Source: a virus (Duplodnaviria; Caudoviricetes). Taken from it: a DNA stretch of 64,000 nucleotides. The stretch's first letter is position 1, and each line of letters begins with the position of its first letter. A model generated the notes under the pieces. That model searched no databases, was not told the origin of the DNA, and worked only from the letters and a program-made list of their open reading frames with translations. Location: the IMG/VR virus record IMGVR_UViG_3300032007_000010; one strand, written 5' to 3'. The translations under genes and the position numbers were made by a program. Positions 38,627 through 48,883 of this stretch are shown one piece after another.

Positions 38627-39508
38627 ATGAGCAACGAAAGCACGAACTTTGAGCAGAATCTCTGGGATAGGATTCTGAGCAAGGCGAGCACCGCACTGCT
38701 GGATAACGGCGATGTGGTGAAGCGCATCACCTTTGATCCCATGGGCACCGATCACACGCTTCAGCAGTTGATCACCGCCCACCTGCACCAGCTCATCGCG
38801 AAGAGCGACTATACGCTGGCCGAGCTCGGCTATCTGCACGCGAGCTCCGTATCCTTTGTGAAGGATCACATCGAAACCAAGATCTACTTTGTGCCGGAGC
38901 TGGCAACGCACAAGAAGCAGTCGAGCTTCCGCAGCACCTCTTCCGACCTGGTCCTGCATCCTGGTTTCAAGGAATTCCAGAACCATGTCTTTCTCGGTGA
39001 TCCCGATGCGGCGATCCGTGTTGGCGGAGCCGTGTTCATGGACATGGCGGTTCCCAAGTATCACATCGATACCGACGACGCCGGGCTCCCCGCCATCGTC
39101 ATCAAGGATGGTCACAAGCTCGACCAGGACGGTGAGACGCTGGCGGTCTATGGCAACATCGACATCATCCTCGCATCCTATCTGAACCTGAGTCTCTTTG
39201 ACCCGAACTTTGCGGTCAGCTATCAGACCATCGGCAACGGCGACAACCAGGACGCCGAACATCCGGCCATCATGATTTCCATGGGCGCCGAAAAGGAATT
39301 CCCGGTCAGGGTCACCGTCCAATGGAGCGCCGACAATGCGATTCCCTACGAGCCGGAGACGGCGGTTGCGTATCTCATCGAACGCGCCAAGAAGGAACAG
39401 ATCGCCGTCGAGTCACGCAAGGAGATCGCCTCCAAGGTCTCCAAGGAGGCCAAGGAGGCAACCAAGCGTCAGCGCAAGAACACCACATCCTGGACCAAGT
39501 TCCGCTGA
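38627..39508 (+). CDS. Hypothetical early protein
   Basis: AGGAGG RBS, promoter at 38546. Confidence 0.75.
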   Translation: MSNESTNFEQNLWDRILSKASTALLDNGDVVKRITFDPMGTDHTLQQLITAHLHQLIAKSDYTLAELGYLHASSVSFVKDHIETKIYFVPELATHKKQSSFRSTSSDLVLHPGFKEFQNHVFLGDPDAAIRVGGAVFMDMAVPKYHIDTDDAGLPAIVIKDGHKLDQDGETLAVYGNIDIILASYLNLSLFDPNFAVSYQTIGNGDNQDAEHPAIMISMGAEKEFPVRVTVQWSADNAIPYEPETAVAYLIERAKKEQIAVESRKEIASKVSKEAKEATKRQRKNTTSWTKFR

Positions 39509-39509
39509 G

Positions 39510-39752
39510 ATGGAAGTGCGCAAGAATCTTCGAATCATCTTCGATTCGACCTCGTCGATGGAGGATTACATCGATGCCTGCAATGCGGATCATGAGCTCA
39601 GAGAGCTGATGAACAACGAGGAGCCGAGCGAGCTGTTCTATGGTAATCCGTTGCATCGTGAGATTGTGATCCATGATGTCACACTTTATCAGACCGACAA
39701 GCTCCTGGACATCTCTCGCGAACATGGCAAGCTCGATTTTGAAATCTACTGA
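39510..39752 (+). CDS. Small hypothetical protein
   Basis: Translationally coupled ORF MEVRKNL. Confidence 0.55.
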   Translation: MEVRKNLRIIFDSTSSMEDYIDACNADHELRELMNNEEPSELFYGNPLHREIVIHDVTLYQTDKLLDISREHGKLDFEIY

Positions 39753-39769
39753 GGAAGGAAGATAATCCA

Positions 39770-39997
39770 ATGGCACAGGTAAATCGCAGTAGCAACTGCT
39801 ATGTGGAGATTCCCGAACATCTGCTCGATGGTCCCAAATCCAAGCCCGAGGCAAAGATGCAGATGTCGGTGAATCTCGTCGTCCCAAAGTGGATGGACGA
39901 CAAGAAAACCAACAAGTTCATCAGCGAACTCATGGAGGATGCGGCCAAGGAGTTCAAGAAGTACATCAAGAAACGCATCGAAAAAGAGGAGGATTGA
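39770..39997 (+). CDS. Small hypothetical protein
   Basis: RBS, operon context. Confidence 0.55.
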   Translation: MAQVNRSSNCYVEIPEHLLDGPKSKPEAKMQMSVNLVVPKWMDDKKTNKFISELMEDAAKEFKKYIKKRIEKEED

Positions 39998-40000
39998 ACC

Positions 40001-40210
40001 ATGAACGGTAATAGAACCACGGTGGCCGATCTCATGCACACGCTGGAGCAGGTCGCCGACAAGTATGGCGATGAAACCGAGGTGCTGATCTCGGTCAAGC
40101 CCGGGCTCGACGAAGGTCATATGACGTTCAGGACCCACATGGTCGGTGAGAACAAGGTCCCGCAGCTGATCCTGAGTCCCAACATCCCCATCCCATCCAT
40201 GCCGACATGA
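40001..40210 (+). CDS. Small hypothetical protein (TVxDL family)
   Basis: GAGGAGG RBS. Confidence 0.55.
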   Translation: MNGNRTTVADLMHTLEQVADKYGDETEVLISVKPGLDEGHMTFRTHMVGENKVPQLILSPNIPIPSMPT

Positions 40211-40372
40211 AAGGGGCATGAGTCATGTACACCGATTATCAATATCGTCCGCCCTACTGGCAGAATCCGAACTACATGATTCCCGATGAAAGCGATCTCA
40301 ACCCGCCAGGATTCTCAGCCATCTTCAGGGCTGAGCTCGAAGCGAATGAGAAGAAAGCGAGGAACAGCCACG

Positions 40373-40612
40373 ATGTCCTTTGATCCGAAACGTCGCAGAA
40401 ACCTCCGGGATCCGCTCACCGGAATACTGAGCGCAGAGCGTCTTGTGGATGAGCTGAGACGTCTTCCGGCCGACACGCCCATCAGCATCTGTGGGGCCAA
40501 CGAAGCATTCATCCACGTGGATGTTGATGATCACAACAATGTGATCGGCGCCACCCTTGATCACGACCCCCTCGACGATGCATATCCCGAGGGATCCTTC
40601 GACGAGGATTAA
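40373..40612 (+). CDS. Small hypothetical protein
   Basis: GAGGA RBS before MSFDPK. Confidence 0.5.
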   Translation: MSFDPKRRRNLRDPLTGILSAERLVDELRRLPADTPISICGANEAFIHVDVDDHNNVIGATLDHDPLDDAYPEGSFDED

Positions 40613-40636
40613 CCAATGGGAAGGGAGGTCAAAACG

Positions 40637-40912
40637 ATGGAGAATAATCTGACCCAATCGGACAGCAGCTTCGAGGAATTATTCCCATATGCCAATGAAG
40701 GCGACAAGATCCAATCCTACGGTCTGCTCTGCACCAAGCAAACCGTACCCTGTAGGGTCTGTGGTAAACCGACACGATTCGTCGAGTGGTGCACCGAATC
40801 CAGGCTCTGCGGAACTGAATGCTATCGGAAACATATGGACATGATCAACAAGATCTGCAACGATTCCGATGCGGAGGAAGATACTGATGGAACAGAACAA
40901 ATGTCTGAGTGA
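40637..40912 (+). CDS. Small Cys-rich (zinc-finger-like) protein
   Basis: CRVCG...C..EC. Confidence 0.55.
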   Translation: MENNLTQSDSSFEELFPYANEGDKIQSYGLLCTKQTVPCRVCGKPTRFVEWCTESRLCGTECYRKHMDMINKICNDSDAEEDTDGTEQMSE

Positions 40913-41201
40913 TTACATCCGTGGGTATAAGGTCATCAGGACACTAAACATCAAGGCCGTATGCCCAAAATGTAATGTGGATATGGTAAAAGCCAAAACA
41001 AACATCGATGCAATGATACATGGCGGTGCACACTGCTATGTGTACGAGTGCCCAGGATGTGGTGATATCATCGAATCTGATGTTGCATTTCCGTTTCAGC
41101 GAATAGAGTTTGATGTCGGAAATCCAATCACCTTCAGCTCAGATGAAGTCGAGACATTCGGTATTCTCAAGAACGAGCATGATATTAAAAAGGAGAATTG
41201 A
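40887..41201 (+). CDS. Zinc-ribbon protein
   Basis: CPKC...CPGC. Confidence 0.55.
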   Translation: MEQNKCLSDYIRGYKVIRTLNIKAVCPKCNVDMVKAKTNIDAMIHGGAHCYVYECPGCGDIIESDVAFPFQRIEFDVGNPITFSSDEVETFGILKNEHDIKKEN

Positions 41202-41202
41202 C

Positions 41203-41715
41203 ATGAACAAAGAAGTGAATCCCATCCGCATCAGCAAGGACCTTGCCGAGAGCATCGTTCATCAGCTGAACGTTGCACTCAACGCGCAGTGCTTCGACGA
41301 GAAGCTCGGCACACATGACGATATCAAACTCTTTGGACACCAGAGCATTTCGTACGAGCGTCTCATCGACATGCTTGAGCTGCTCGAGCATCCGGAGCGC
41401 ACCGAAGAGCACCAGACCGTCGAGGTTGATCACGGTACTCAGCAGATTGTGATCTCACTCATGGATGCTCTCAACCTCAGCGACATGCTCAATCGATGCA
41501 CGATCATGTTCGGCTGGCTCATCGACGTTGACGATGCCGGGGCCCTCGAGGCTCTCCGTAGCCTCAACGAATCTATCGGTAGGTCGCTGGTAGGGTTCGG
41601 TGGATCCGAGGCATATCTCAGAGCAAATGCGCAGTGGGCAAGCTGGCGCGATGGGTGCAAAATCAAGGAGGGTCAAGTCAATGGCAAAGAAGGACAGGGA
41701 AGCTCCGAAGGCTGA
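41203..41715 (+). CDS. Hypothetical protein
   Basis: AAGGAG RBS before MNKEVN. Confidence 0.6.
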   Translation: MNKEVNPIRISKDLAESIVHQLNVALNAQCFDEKLGTHDDIKLFGHQSISYERLIDMLELLEHPERTEEHQTVEVDHGTQQIVISLMDALNLSDMLNRCTIMFGWLIDVDDAGALEALRSLNESIGRSLVGFGGSEAYLRANAQWASWRDGCKIKEGQVNGKEGQGSSEG

Positions 41716-42088
41716 CATCAAGCAAATTCACGGATACCTCAACGAACGTCACAACAAAGTTGTGGCAACCGTTGCCTGGGGTGATGGAGATCCGAAGCTC
41801 AACATCCGTGCCTGCTGGGAGGATGATGACGGCGAGCTCAAGCTCGGCAAGGGCGTCACGCTCACCGCGGAGGAGGTTGATGAGCTCACCGGAATCCTCG
41901 TATCCGCACGCAACACCGGCGAGATTCAGAAGGTGAACAAGGAAGGGCGCAAGGCCGTGAACTTCAACAAGATCTTCGCCGAGGGCCAGGAGGTCCTCGA
42001 CAAGAGGGCTGACGGTCACACCATGACCAAGGACGGTTTCGTGGTGCTCAAGAAGCGTCCCGGAGTGAAGCTTCCCTATGAACAGTGA
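41681..42088 (+). CDS. PC4/YdbC-like ssDNA-binding protein
   Basis: KVVATVAWGDGDPKLNIR.W......KLGKGVTLTAEE. Confidence 0.7.
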   Translation: MAKKDREAPKADIKQIHGYLNERHNKVVATVAWGDGDPKLNIRACWEDDDGELKLGKGVTLTAEEVDELTGILVSARNTGEIQKVNKEGRKAVNFNKIFAEGQEVLDKRADGHTMTKDGFVVLKKRPGVKLPYEQ

Positions 42089-42096
42089 GGTAGAAG

Positions 42097-42600
42097 ATGT
42101 CGATCATGTATCTCATGTCCGGCCCAAGCGGTGCCGGAAAGACAACCTTTGCAAAGAAACTCGCCGAGGATAGGAACCTGCAGTATCTCGGCATCGACGA
42201 TTTCTACGCCGTATTCAACGGCTCTGAGAAGAGACACGAGGATGAATTCGATGTGTGGATGGCCTTCTTTCAGGCCATCCACCTCGCTGAGCTCAAGGGG
42301 CGCAACATCGTCGTGGACACCAATTCTCCGACCAAGAGCAAGCGCACCGAGTTCCTGGATTGGTTCGGCGGATTCGACCAGCACGTGCTAATCTTCGTCA
42401 ATGCTCCCGTGGAACTCTGTGTTGCGAATAACCTGTCCCGCGAGCGTGTAATTCCGGAGGATGCAATGAACGAGATCATTGCCAGCATCGAGCATCCTCT
42501 CATCGAAGATGATCCACGCTGGGACAATGTCCAATGTTACATGAACAGGAACAACACCGGATATGATCTATATCCGACACCGACGAAGAAAGGCAGATAG
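42097..42600 (+). CDS. P-loop kinase (AAA_33 / polynucleotide kinase-like)
   Basis: MSGPSGAGKTT, VVDTN, R.R..P. Confidence 0.8.
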   Translation: MSIMYLMSGPSGAGKTTFAKKLAEDRNLQYLGIDDFYAVFNGSEKRHEDEFDVWMAFFQAIHLAELKGRNIVVDTNSPTKSKRTEFLDWFGGFDQHVLIFVNAPVELCVANNLSRERVIPEDAMNEIIASIEHPLIEDDPRWDNVQCYMNRNNTGYDLYPTPTKKGR

Positions 42601-42602
42601 CT

Positions 42603-42776
42603 ATGAAGATCAGTGAGGTAGTGTATACCCTCAACAAGATCATTGCCGAGCACGGCGATCTCGAGCTGGTCGTGACCAGCGGTGATGGTGACGAGCGCAT
42701 GCCCGTCACCGATGTTGGAATCAGCGAAGCACTGGGCGGTGGAGATCTCGCCGCCTACGTTAGCGCCGACGAATGA
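42603..42776 (+). CDS. Small hypothetical protein MKISEVVYTL (57 aa, absent from the ORF track)
   Basis: Read manually, typical codon usage, fills the gap between neighbours. Confidence 0.55.
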   Translation: MKISEVVYTLNKIIAEHGDLELVVTSGDGDERMPVTDVGISEALGGGDLAAYVSADE

Positions 42777-42788
42777 AGGAGTGGTACC

Positions 42789-43046
42789 ATGAAGGCAGAA
42801 GATATTCGCAATGCCAACAAAAAGGTGATGGAGCTTGACAATCTTGTCAGACTATACAATATCATCAAAACGGATGTGGTGAATGGCGCTCCGAACTACG
42901 ATGGCTACATCCACCGTCACGGGGATTCGTTTCGGATCAATGTTGATGGTATGTACATCAGACCGGACAAAGAATTCATGGATTTTCTGACCGGTTGGAT
43001 CAACGGTAGGATCACCACGATCAAAGCCGAGATCGAGAAACTCTAG
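42789..43046 (+). CDS. Small hypothetical protein
   Basis: AAGGAG RBS. Confidence 0.6.
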   Translation: MKAEDIRNANKKVMELDNLVRLYNIIKTDVVNGAPNYDGYIHRHGDSFRINVDGMYIRPDKEFMDFLTGWINGRITTIKAEIEKL

Positions 43047-43067
43047 ACATTAGGAGGATGAATCAAC

Positions 43068-43313
43068 ATGGAAGTCAAGAAACTCAATGAATTTGCACCC
43101 AGAGTATTTGACATCGTCAGGCAGATCTGCGACGACGCCGCGGCCGCAAAACCCGGCAGCATCGAGTTCCGCTCGGCCATCGACGAGCTCGACGACTGCT
43201 CCAAGGTTCTGCTGAGCCAGTTCGACCCTGACACGGTGCGCGACATCGAGGAGAACACGTGCAATGATAACCTCTGCACACTGTTGGAGGAAGCTGAACC
43301 CTTCCTGCAATGA
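43068..43313 (+). CDS. Small hypothetical protein
   Basis: AGGAGG RBS. Confidence 0.6.
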   Translation: MEVKKLNEFAPRVFDIVRQICDDAAAAKPGSIEFRSAIDELDDCSKVLLSQFDPDTVRDIEENTCNDNLCTLLEEAEPFLQ

Positions 43314-43349
43314 GGTAACGATCATAAAAATATAGGAGGATCAAGAAAT

Positions 43350-43958
43350 ATGGAAGCGGCAAAACTGATCGAAGATGTCACAAGCGCATTTGAGCATCTC
43401 GATACCAATCCCAAGGTGGTCATCGGCAACATGGATCTCATCGGACATCTCGAGATCGACAGCGTCGGTGCCGTTCGCTCCGACGCCGATGAACGCCACG
43501 GCTACATCAACGATGTGATCATCTACGCCAAACTTCCGGAGTCGACGCGCAGCGCATACGATGCAATGCATAATAACATCGCAAAGGTCGTCAACACCAT
43601 CAATGTCCTCGAAAACGCCGCAAGCTCCGAACGGTGCAAGGAAGCGCGCGAGCTTCTCAACGAATTCGAGCTCATTGCGTCCCAACTTGCTTTCGTCTCC
43701 GGCATCACCAGCATCGAACAATATATGGAGAACGTGCCGGACGCTGTTTTCGAGCCCGAGAAAACCCATGCCATGAAGATCAGCGAAGTCATCTCGGCTC
43801 TCGAGGCAATCAAGGTGATTCAGGGTGATATTGAGTGCATGTGCCCGCCCTGTTCCGGCGACAACTTCCGTCCGGTGGAGCGCGTCGGCACCGGTATCTA
43901 CGATGATGGAACCGTCAAGGCCGACATCATGGACGGTGCAGATCCGGAGGAATTGTGA
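43350..43958 (+). CDS. Hypothetical protein with C-terminal MKISE module
   Basis: AGGAGG RBS. Confidence 0.65.
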   Translation: MEAAKLIEDVTSAFEHLDTNPKVVIGNMDLIGHLEIDSVGAVRSDADERHGYINDVIIYAKLPESTRSAYDAMHNNIAKVVNTINVLENAASSERCKEARELLNEFELIASQLAFVSGITSIEQYMENVPDAVFEPEKTHAMKISEVISALEAIKVIQGDIECMCPPCSGDNFRPVERVGTGIYDDGTVKADIMDGADPEEL

Positions 43959-44374
43959 TGCCGAGAAAGAAAGCCTCAACGGAGGCAGATACACAGATGT
44001 CAACCGGTAGGGTTAAGCTGCTCAGCGATGGGGTCCATATTCTCGGCACCGAGTATAAAATAGAGATTCATAGCACAAATAGCGACAAGAAGTTGTTGAC
44101 CTCGGACGGCTACATTACCTATGGCGCTCATGTCATAGTCATCGAGGATATGATGGATTCAGCCTATGATGGCTATACGACCGAATGCATTGCACAACAG
44201 TGGAAGAGCACATTGAGACATGAGATTGTCCACGGTTTTCTCCGCGAGAGCGGATTGGGCTCAGGCTGTGGAAAGTTTGATAGAGGTTGGGCAAACAACG
44301 AGGAAATGGTCGATTGGTTTGCCCTCCAGGGCCCGAAGATCATGGAAGCCTGGAAGGAGTGCGGTTGTCTATGA
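43958..44374 (+). CDS. HExxH metallopeptidase-like phage protein
   Basis: TLRHEIVHGFL..NEEMVDW; start uncertain. Confidence 0.6.
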   Translation: MPRKKASTEADTQMSTGRVKLLSDGVHILGTEYKIEIHSTNSDKKLLTSDGYITYGAHVIVIEDMMDSAYDGYTTECIAQQWKSTLRHEIVHGFLRESGLGSGCGKFDRGWANNEEMVDWFALQGPKIMEAWKECGCL

Positions 44375-44547
44375 GGATCTCCAAACTCATCTCATTCCTC
44401 AAGAAGGTTGAGAAATCAGAAGGCGACATCAAGGTCGGGTTCTATCTCTCGGACTACGGCGAGGATGCCAAACTCGAATCCACCATGATCACCAACGGCA
44501 AGAAACCGAAGCTCCTGATCATGCTTGAACTCAAGAAGGGAGATTAG
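44371..44547 (+). CDS. Small hypothetical protein MRISKLISFL
   Basis: ATGA overlap with the upstream gene. Confidence 0.5.
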   Translation: MRISKLISFLKKVEKSEGDIKVGFYLSDYGEDAKLESTMITNGKKPKLLIMLELKKGD

Positions 44548-44829
44548 AGCCATGGATCAAATGAACCTCACAGATCTCGAGGCAACCAAACAACTTTTTG
44601 ACAGACTGAAGATTCTCTACGCCGAGAGTACAGAAGATCTGGGCAGTGAAGAAAACCCATGGTTTCAGATCATCGGCGTCTCTGGTACCGAGGCTTCATC
44701 CGTCGTCGTGACTATGGCTACATCGAGAAACTCAAGTACGTCAAGATAGCCCGTCGCAGTCTCAGTCGCATCAGAAGAAAGCAGAAGATCCAAAAGAAAA
44801 TACAATCATTATTCAGGAGGTAACACACT

Positions 44830-45678
44830 ATGGCATTCGAACTTATCATCGTCAACAAGACCAGCCTTCCGACCAAGGACCTCGCCGCTAAGATCCACTA
44901 CAGTCTCGTCGGCTGCCCGGCCTACATCGACAGCGACATCCTTCTCCACCAGCCAGACGAAACCGACCCTCAGGACACTATCCTGCTGATGTTGAACGGA
45001 GAGCGTCCCAGTTCCCCGGAGCCGAAGAATCCCCAGGTGACGTTTCGCGCCAATGTCACTGACGCCGACGTCAGCTTCATGGATCTCAATGAGGTCAGAA
45101 AACGCTGGCCCAATGTCAAGGCGGACTGCGACAAACACGATACCGTCAAGGAGAAGCAGGCTAGGCTCCATGACTATGTGGCAGCGTGGCTGACGGAGCA
45201 CTGCGAACATGACCTTGAATCTTCCACTCCGGAGGGAGTGCTCTACGATGGCTACATTGCCAGCCTTAGTGCAACGCCCGACGCAACCATTCCGACCAGG
45301 CTCGAATTCTCCATCGCCTGCATCGACGCTTTCCTGAATCGCGACGTGTTGATATGCGACACCGACGTTGACATCGAGCTCTTCGATACGGATCTGGTGA
45401 ACCGCGTCTGGGAAAGAGTCTTCTATGACGACGGTTCTCTCGACGGGCTCGAATTGACCGCCGTGGTCCGGAATAACGACCATAAGGCCGATTATGAGAC
45501 CATGACCGTCGATGAGCGCTGGGCCACGTTCACCCGTGACATGACCGACGAGGAGAAGGCCATCTGGCTCGACAAAGACGGCAAGCGGAAGGGCTTCGAC
45601 TATCCCATCACCATCGAAGAGGACGACCAGCTCAAGAAGAAGTTCACTGAGCTCCACGCCCTCAGAAAGGAGGACTGA
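44830..45678 (+). CDS. Hypothetical protein
   Basis: AGGAGG RBS, 282 aa. Confidence 0.7.
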   Translation: MAFELIIVNKTSLPTKDLAAKIHYSLVGCPAYIDSDILLHQPDETDPQDTILLMLNGERPSSPEPKNPQVTFRANVTDADVSFMDLNEVRKRWPNVKADCDKHDTVKEKQARLHDYVAAWLTEHCEHDLESSTPEGVLYDGYIASLSATPDATIPTRLEFSIACIDAFLNRDVLICDTDVDIELFDTDLVNRVWERVFYDDGSLDGLELTAVVRNNDHKADYETMTVDERWATFTRDMTDEEKAIWLDKDGKRKGFDYPITIEEDDQLKKKFTELHALRKED

Positions 45679-45682
45679 ACCA

Positions 45683-45899
45683 ATGCTAAAAAATCATATT
45701 CAACAACTGCAGCGGCTTCAAGACCGAAGCCCTCTACGACAAGATGGTCGCAGCGCTCGGCGACGTCTTTGGAGAATTCCGAGAGCACAACCGTTTCGAA
45801 CTCTATCCATGGGACCACGAGGGTCCGATGTCATGGTATCATTGTAACTTCTACTTCAGACCGGACGGAAGCTTTGTGCTGATCGACTACGGTGAATAA
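45683..45899 (+). pseudogene. Small gene with an apparent +1 frameshift in an A6 run
   Basis: AAGGAGG RBS and ATG at 45683. The frame with typical codons (IFNNCSGFKTEALYD...DYGE*) is reached only if A6 at 45688-45693 is A5. Confidence 0.45.
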
Positions 45900-46044
45900 G
45901 AGATGAACCCCGGGATAAAAATCCCGGGGTCTCTTTCTTTTTATACAAGATGCTACAGATCTATAATGGACATCAGATAAAGTATCCCTGATGCTGCCCA
46001 TTTTGACATGGTTATATACCTTGGGAGATGGAAGAAAGGGGTAT

Positions 46045-46533
46045 ATGACAATCATGATACTGTCCGAAAACACCTATATCCGCATCGGTGAGATACCGAA
46101 GGACAAGCACTCCACAATATACTACAACGGTCTTCCGGTCGGCAAGGAGGACGGTCTTGCGGTCTACGACTGCGCCCGAGACAAGGATCTCCATGACTGG
46201 AGAATCGTATTGTCCAAGCCCGTGAATGGTGCAACGGTGCTGATTCTCGCGGATCTGCTCGAGGCTGTCTACGCCGGCGAAGCCAAGGTCTACATCATTG
46301 TTGGCAAACGGATTGGAACCTCCACCGATGGAACACCGCTCATCGATCCGCTCGCCATCATCGAGGATGTGACCGATCAATTCCGGGAACTCCCGGATCT
46401 CGCACAGATGCGAGCAAATGAAGTAGAACCACGCAGCGGCAAGACCTACATGGATCTGGCCGTTGCTAAAGTTGATAAGAAGGAGGATGAACATGCCACC
46501 GAGGAAGAACAGCGCCATCCCGAAGGCGATTGA
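46045..46533 (+). CDS. Hypothetical protein
   Basis: Late promoter at 46005. Confidence 0.6.
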   Translation: MTIMILSENTYIRIGEIPKDKHSTIYYNGLPVGKEDGLAVYDCARDKDLHDWRIVLSKPVNGATVLILADLLEAVYAGEAKVYIIVGKRIGTSTDGTPLIDPLAIIEDVTDQFRELPDLAQMRANEVEPRSGKTYMDLAVAKVDKKEDEHATEEEQRHPEGD

Positions 46534-47776
46534 TACCTCGCTGCTGGAGGTTGGCTATGCGCGCTACAACGCCGCCTCCGGCTGGGACGATCTGGAACGA
46601 GATGACGACGGCTTTGTGATACTTCGTCCGACGGCTTCCCACGTCGATCGTCACATGAATGCTCTGAGCACCGACATCGACACGCTCGAGGCGAAGCTCA
46701 AGAAGTACCGCAAGGAACAGGCCGAAACCGCGAAGTATCAGAAGTCCGAGGAATACAAAGAGTCCAAGAAGAACGAAAACAAGAAGAAGAAAAAGAAGAA
46801 GCGCGAGACCCTCATCAACATGGTCTTCAACACCGCCGATGCGGACAACGCCGACGAAGATGAGGAGCTCTACGATGAGGAGGACGGTTCCGGCTACATC
46901 GAAAAGAAGAAGCGCGGTCGTCCCAAAAAGGTGGGCAACTCGCTCGATACCACCTATGGCATGCGCTTTGCGCCGATCATGGACATGCTCAACCAAAAGT
47001 CCCAGGAGTTTGACCAGATCGCAAAAGACATCGAGGCTGAGCTCGCCGAGAACAAGAACAGTGCCAGATCCATGTATCGATCCTCGCAGATGAGCAACAT
47101 GCTATCGGCCAAGTCATCGTCGCTCTCGGCCATCACCTCCATGGCATCTCTGGCCACGACTCTTTCCAGACTCGAGTATCAAAAGGAGAAAGATAAGCGG
47201 GCCGAGACCGGCAACCAGGATAAGGAAGTTGCCAGCATGGCCGCGAAGTTCCTGCGCGGCAGCCTCGACGACATCGAGGACGAGGACTTCTCCAAGAAAC
47301 GCAAGAAGAAGGACAAGAAGGGAAAGAAGGATAAGAGCACCAGAAATCCCTATGGTAACTTCAAGTCACTCTCTGCCGACGATGACGATGATGACGAGGA
47401 TGTTGCAACCTTCGGAAGCATTAGCAAGTCCGGCGGAAAGAAGGGAAAGGTGTCCGACGAAGAACAGAAGGAGCTTGCCATGGAGTTCGCCAAGACTCTC
47501 AAGAGCCGCAAGGACGAGATCAAGCTCACACCGCACGAGAAGGCGCTCGCGCTCGAGGGAACCTTCCATGTGATGGTGCTCTGTGATCCGCTGGATCCTA
47601 ACGGTACCTGGAAGTATGTTCCGATAGACAATAAGTCCGGCAAGATCCTCAAGGATGATGCATACAAAGATCTTCTTCCCAAAAAGAAGAAGGCTCGCAT
47701 GAGATTTTCGCTCGAAAAGGGGAGAGCGATCGACCTGAACTCGGCTAGAACCTATAAACTGATGTACAAATCATAA
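46493..47776 (+). CDS. Hypothetical highly charged protein, target of an HNH cassette insertion
   Basis: AAGGAGG RBS, K- and D-rich tracts, last 15 codons duplicated at 48882-48926. Confidence 0.75.
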   Translation: MPPRKNSAIPKAIDTSLLEVGYARYNAASGWDDLERDDDGFVILRPTASHVDRHMNALSTDIDTLEAKLKKYRKEQAETAKYQKSEEYKESKKNENKKKKKKKRETLINMVFNTADADNADEDEELYDEEDGSGYIEKKKRGRPKKVGNSLDTTYGMRFAPIMDMLNQKSQEFDQIAKDIEAELAENKNSARSMYRSSQMSNMLSAKSSSLSAITSMASLATTLSRLEYQKEKDKRAETGNQDKEVASMAAKFLRGSLDDIEDEDFSKKRKKKDKKGKKDKSTRNPYGNFKSLSADDDDDDEDVATFGSISKSGGKKGKVSDEEQKELAMEFAKTLKSRKDEIKLTPHEKALALEGTFHVMVLCDPLDPNGTWKYVPIDNKSGKILKDDAYKDLLPKKKKARMRFSLEKGRAIDLNSARTYKLMYKS

Positions 47777-47872
47777 AGAATCCCGGTATACCACACAAAA
47801 CGGTATACCGGGCCTTTATTTTTGAAACGAATAACAGTACTATAGTTTCTTAAATAAAGGAGAGTATTACAG

Positions 47873-48883
47873 ATGAAAACAGTAAAAGAGGGAGAACGTT
47901 TTGGCAGGCTTACTGTTACAGGATACAAAGCAACAGAGCGCTGGTCAAATGGTAAACTCAAGTATGTATATTATTGCAAATGTGATTGCGGAGAGACAGT
48001 AGAAGTTGACGTATACAATCTTTTGAGTGGTCGATCAACAAGTTGTGGGTGTTATGTGCGTGAAATAAAAAAGATTCGAAGAGACAAGGAAATGCTTGGT
48101 AAACGGTTTGGTAAGCTAACCGTTATAGAACCTGTAGAGACTGAAAAGAAAAGCAACGGAAAAGACTATATTGTTCGATACCGTTGCAAATGCGATTGTG
48201 GTAATACATGTATTGTGCGTTATTCTCAATTAGTAGGGGGTCTTACAAAAAGCTGTGGGTGTTTACATCATGAAATACCTGCGGAGAAATATGCTGTCAA
48301 TAAAGATAGCGTGAATAGTAGGCTTTATTGGATCCATGCAGGTATACTAGATCGGACTAAAAATAACCCCGTGTATATTCCACGCGGGATTGCCGCCGAG
48401 TGGGCGCTTCCGAATGGTGTTGGATATAAAAATTTCAAAGAATGGTCATATAAAAACGGCTATTACGAGCAGCCAAAAGAAACCCCTCGAAAGGATAAAT
48501 TAACAATAGATAGATGGCCAGATCCAGAAGGGCCGTATTCACCGGATAATTGTCGGTGGGTTACAATGAAGGAACAATCAAACAATAGATGGACAAATTC
48601 TAAAATACGAATAAATAATAAGATATACAATTACGCTCAAGCCGCTGAAGTATTTGGCCTTGGCGAACATTTCATAAATCATAGAGTGATGGGAGGGTGG
48701 AGTAATTCGGCCATTGCATACGCTATTGAACATCAAGATCTTAGCGTTCATCGTAAAAACCGCGAATATTATGACAAGTGTGGTTTTCGTGTATTGATTC
48801 CGAGAACAAACGAGGATTTTCCAACAGCAAAAGGAACGGGAAGCAATAAAACAAAGCTAAAAGGAACAGATGTTGTGGTATGA
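47873..48883 (+). CDS. Free-standing HNH-type homing endonuclease
   Basis: Two G.RFG.LTV..CKCDCG..SCGC repeats plus LTIDRW.D.EGPYSPDNCRWVT..EQSNNR. AT-rich, with its own late-type promoter (47833) and RBS. Confidence 0.8.
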   Translation: MKTVKEGERFGRLTVTGYKATERWSNGKLKYVYYCKCDCGETVEVDVYNLLSGRSTSCGCYVREIKKIRRDKEMLGKRFGKLTVIEPVETEKKSNGKDYIVRYRCKCDCGNTCIVRYSQLVGGLTKSCGCLHHEIPAEKYAVNKDSVNSRLYWIHAGILDRTKNNPVYIPRGIAAEWALPNGVGYKNFKEWSYKNGYYEQPKETPRKDKLTIDRWPDPEGPYSPDNCRWVTMKEQSNNRWTNSKIRINNKIYNYAQAAEVFGLGEHFINHRVMGGWSNSAIAYAIEHQDLSVHRKNREYYDKCGFRVLIPRTNEDFPTAKGTGSNKTKLKGTDVVV

